Position numbers and translations under genes: made by a program. DNA of 64,000 bases, taken from positions 62,001 through 126,000 of the forward strand of contig JAQGDQ010000284.1 in the NCBI GenBank assembly GCA_030141605.1. The letters run 5' to 3'. This document shows, one piece after another, positions 61,942 to 64,000 of this stretch. Positions within the stretch are counted from its first letter, which is position 1; the number at the start of each line of letters is the position of its first letter. Origin of the DNA: Tubiluchus corallicola (lineage: Eukaryota > Animalia > Priapulida). The notes beneath the pieces are model-generated. The model did no database searches. It saw nothing but the letters and a program-made list of their open reading frames with translations, and was not told the origin of the DNA.

Positions 61942-63070
61942 TCTTCTTCTTCAATGAATGAAACGTCCAGGGACATGATTCTGCTCACCTCTCTATGCCA
62001 GGACTCCCATTTCTTCTGCTGATTACTCAATATATATCCTCATGATCGATATGTCAAAGGCCTTTGATTGCATTCGGAGAAAAACTCTGCTTTGCTGTCT
62101 GGAAGAAATCCTTGAACCTGATGAAATATAAATCATAAGTATAATGTTAGAAAATCTATTAATTCAAGTCAGGTGTGAAGGGAAATTGAGTCAGCCATTT
62201 TCTACAAACAAAGTAGTACCTCAGGGTGGCTATCTAAGCCCTGTACTTTTCACTTTATATCTTGCCATAGCTCTCACTGAGGACAAAGTTATACCATTGA
62301 AAGACCTAGAAGATCACAACAACACAATTCTTGATCCTAAATTAATACCAAATGAAGTAAGACAAGAACACAGTTACAGCTCTCTACAATGTAAGTCAAC
62401 TACAAAACTACGATATCAATGCAGCATGCTGATGATGTGGCATGGATTACAAGAAACAAAGAAAGAAGAAGTAGATGATATAAAAAACTCAATAGAGGAG
62501 AAACTGAACAGAATGGATCTTGTTGTAAATCATGGCAAAGATGCAAGTATCTCGGTAGTCTGCTAGCGACAGAGGACGAAATATTCAGACGAAAGATAAT
62601 GGCATTATCATCTTACTCAAAACTCACAAAAGTTTTTGAAAATAGGAAGATTTCTTTGGAAACAAAAATTAGAATATTCTCAGCCTTAGTCGAAACTGTT
62701 TTCTGTATAACTCTGAGCTCTGGACATTAAAAGCAAATCATAAAGCTGAAATCGATGCGTTTTCAAAGGCGAAATTACAGAAACATTTTGGGTATTACAG
62801 GCCATAGAAAATTTCAAACGAAGATCTATATGAAAAAATAAAAGAAGAACCTTGGACAAGAAAAATAAAAAGACGACGTTTAAGATGGATTGGGCATATG
62901 CTTAGACTACCTGATGACGTTCCAGTGAAGATAGCTCTTCAACAAGCCATAGAACCATCTAAAAAACCTGCAGGAGGACAAATGTTACATACTTGGATTT
63001 TGCACAGAAAGATTTAAACACTTCAGCATTGATCCTTAGAAACAAATCCACTTGGGGCATTGCAGCGTGT
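61942..63070. mobile_element. RTE-group LINE insertion with a 5' inversion (RT domain on +, 3' tip on -)
   Basis: Plus strand: IDMSKAFD, PQGGYLSPVLFTLYL, QHADD, CKYLGSLL, LYNSELWTL, RRLRWIGHMLRL with stops and frameshifts. 61942-62008 is the reverse-complemented 3' tip. 9-bp flanking repeat ATGTAAAAT. Confidence 0.85.
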
Positions 63071-63679
63071 ATGTAAAATGTTAAAGTTTGACTGAGGAAA
63101 ATGATGTGGCTGTTTGCCGCATGTCTCAGATTTAGTTCAGTTTATTTTTGTCACTCGTATATTTCACTTCATCATTATTATCATTCATTAAACATTATAT
63201 ATACACAGTTATTTGTAAACATAAGTGTTTGTGGTGTGCTAGTGCATCACCTAAACCTAAAAACTGTAAAAATTAGCTAGCTTGCAGCTGTTCAAAGTAA
63301 AAGTTTTAAATGATCAAAATTTGAAAAAGCGAAATTGTGTTTTGCATATTTGATTATTTTTGCAAAATTTATTTTTAATAAGTTAACTAATTAATTAATT
63401 AAACGATTATTGCTGTGCAATGCCACTTTTTGTAGTTAGCGTTGAAATAGTTGTGCAAAACGTAAGACAAATTACAGAAGGATAGTACAGTTTTGAATGT
63501 AGGTATGGAGGCGTGGGGTTTGGGGTTTGCTGGTGAAGAGGGGTTTAGAAAAAATAAAAATCGTAAAAATGTAAAGAAGCCATAAAATGCAGTAAAATGC
63601 CTGTGTGGCCGAGCGTTCTGTCGTTTAGCTGTGTCAAGTTTACAGGCAAATTTAGTAAAATCTGATTTACACATGGTTT

Positions 63680-63972
<293 letters not shown>

Positions 63973-64000
63973 TAGCCAACCCTGCAAAAAGAATTTTACA

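Overview
AT-rich, intron-rich animal genomic DNA; the species cannot be told from the sequence. The backbone is the central part of an INO80 chromatin-remodelling ATPase gene on the + strand. I could splice 18 coding exons by eye (10374-49267) in one continuous frame, from the DBINO domain through the SNF2 N-terminal lobe and the INO80 insertion. The N-terminal exons and the C-terminal helicase exons were not found in the window. Upstream, on the - strand and probably nested in an INO80 intron, are the 5' half of a Ty3/Gypsy LTR retrotransposon (LTR, tRNA-Leu PBS, gag-protease with two 1-nt frameshifts) and two tandem intronless rhodopsin-class GPCRs with almost no ECL2 and no TM3 cysteine. 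The introns hold many private tandem repeats, Kolobok-type and other MITEs, SINEs and LINE fragments. The most unusual observations are: (1) a ~35-copy 49-bp array grown out of an INO80 exon end, where each unit carries a 5' splice site and a potential in-frame 21-nt micro-exon; (2) a second array seeded at another donor; (3) a 108-bp satellite whose monomer is a fragment of a LINE reverse-transcriptase motif; (4) an ~18-bp core (ACTGTTTGTGGTGTGCTA) shared by several otherwise unrelated repeat families; (5) a clean twin-priming-type inversion of an RTE-group LINE. No rRNA, bona fide tRNA or CRISPR array was seen. Most long ORFs in the track are artefacts of tandem repeats. All coordinates and copy numbers were read by eye and family names come from recalled motifs, not database searches.
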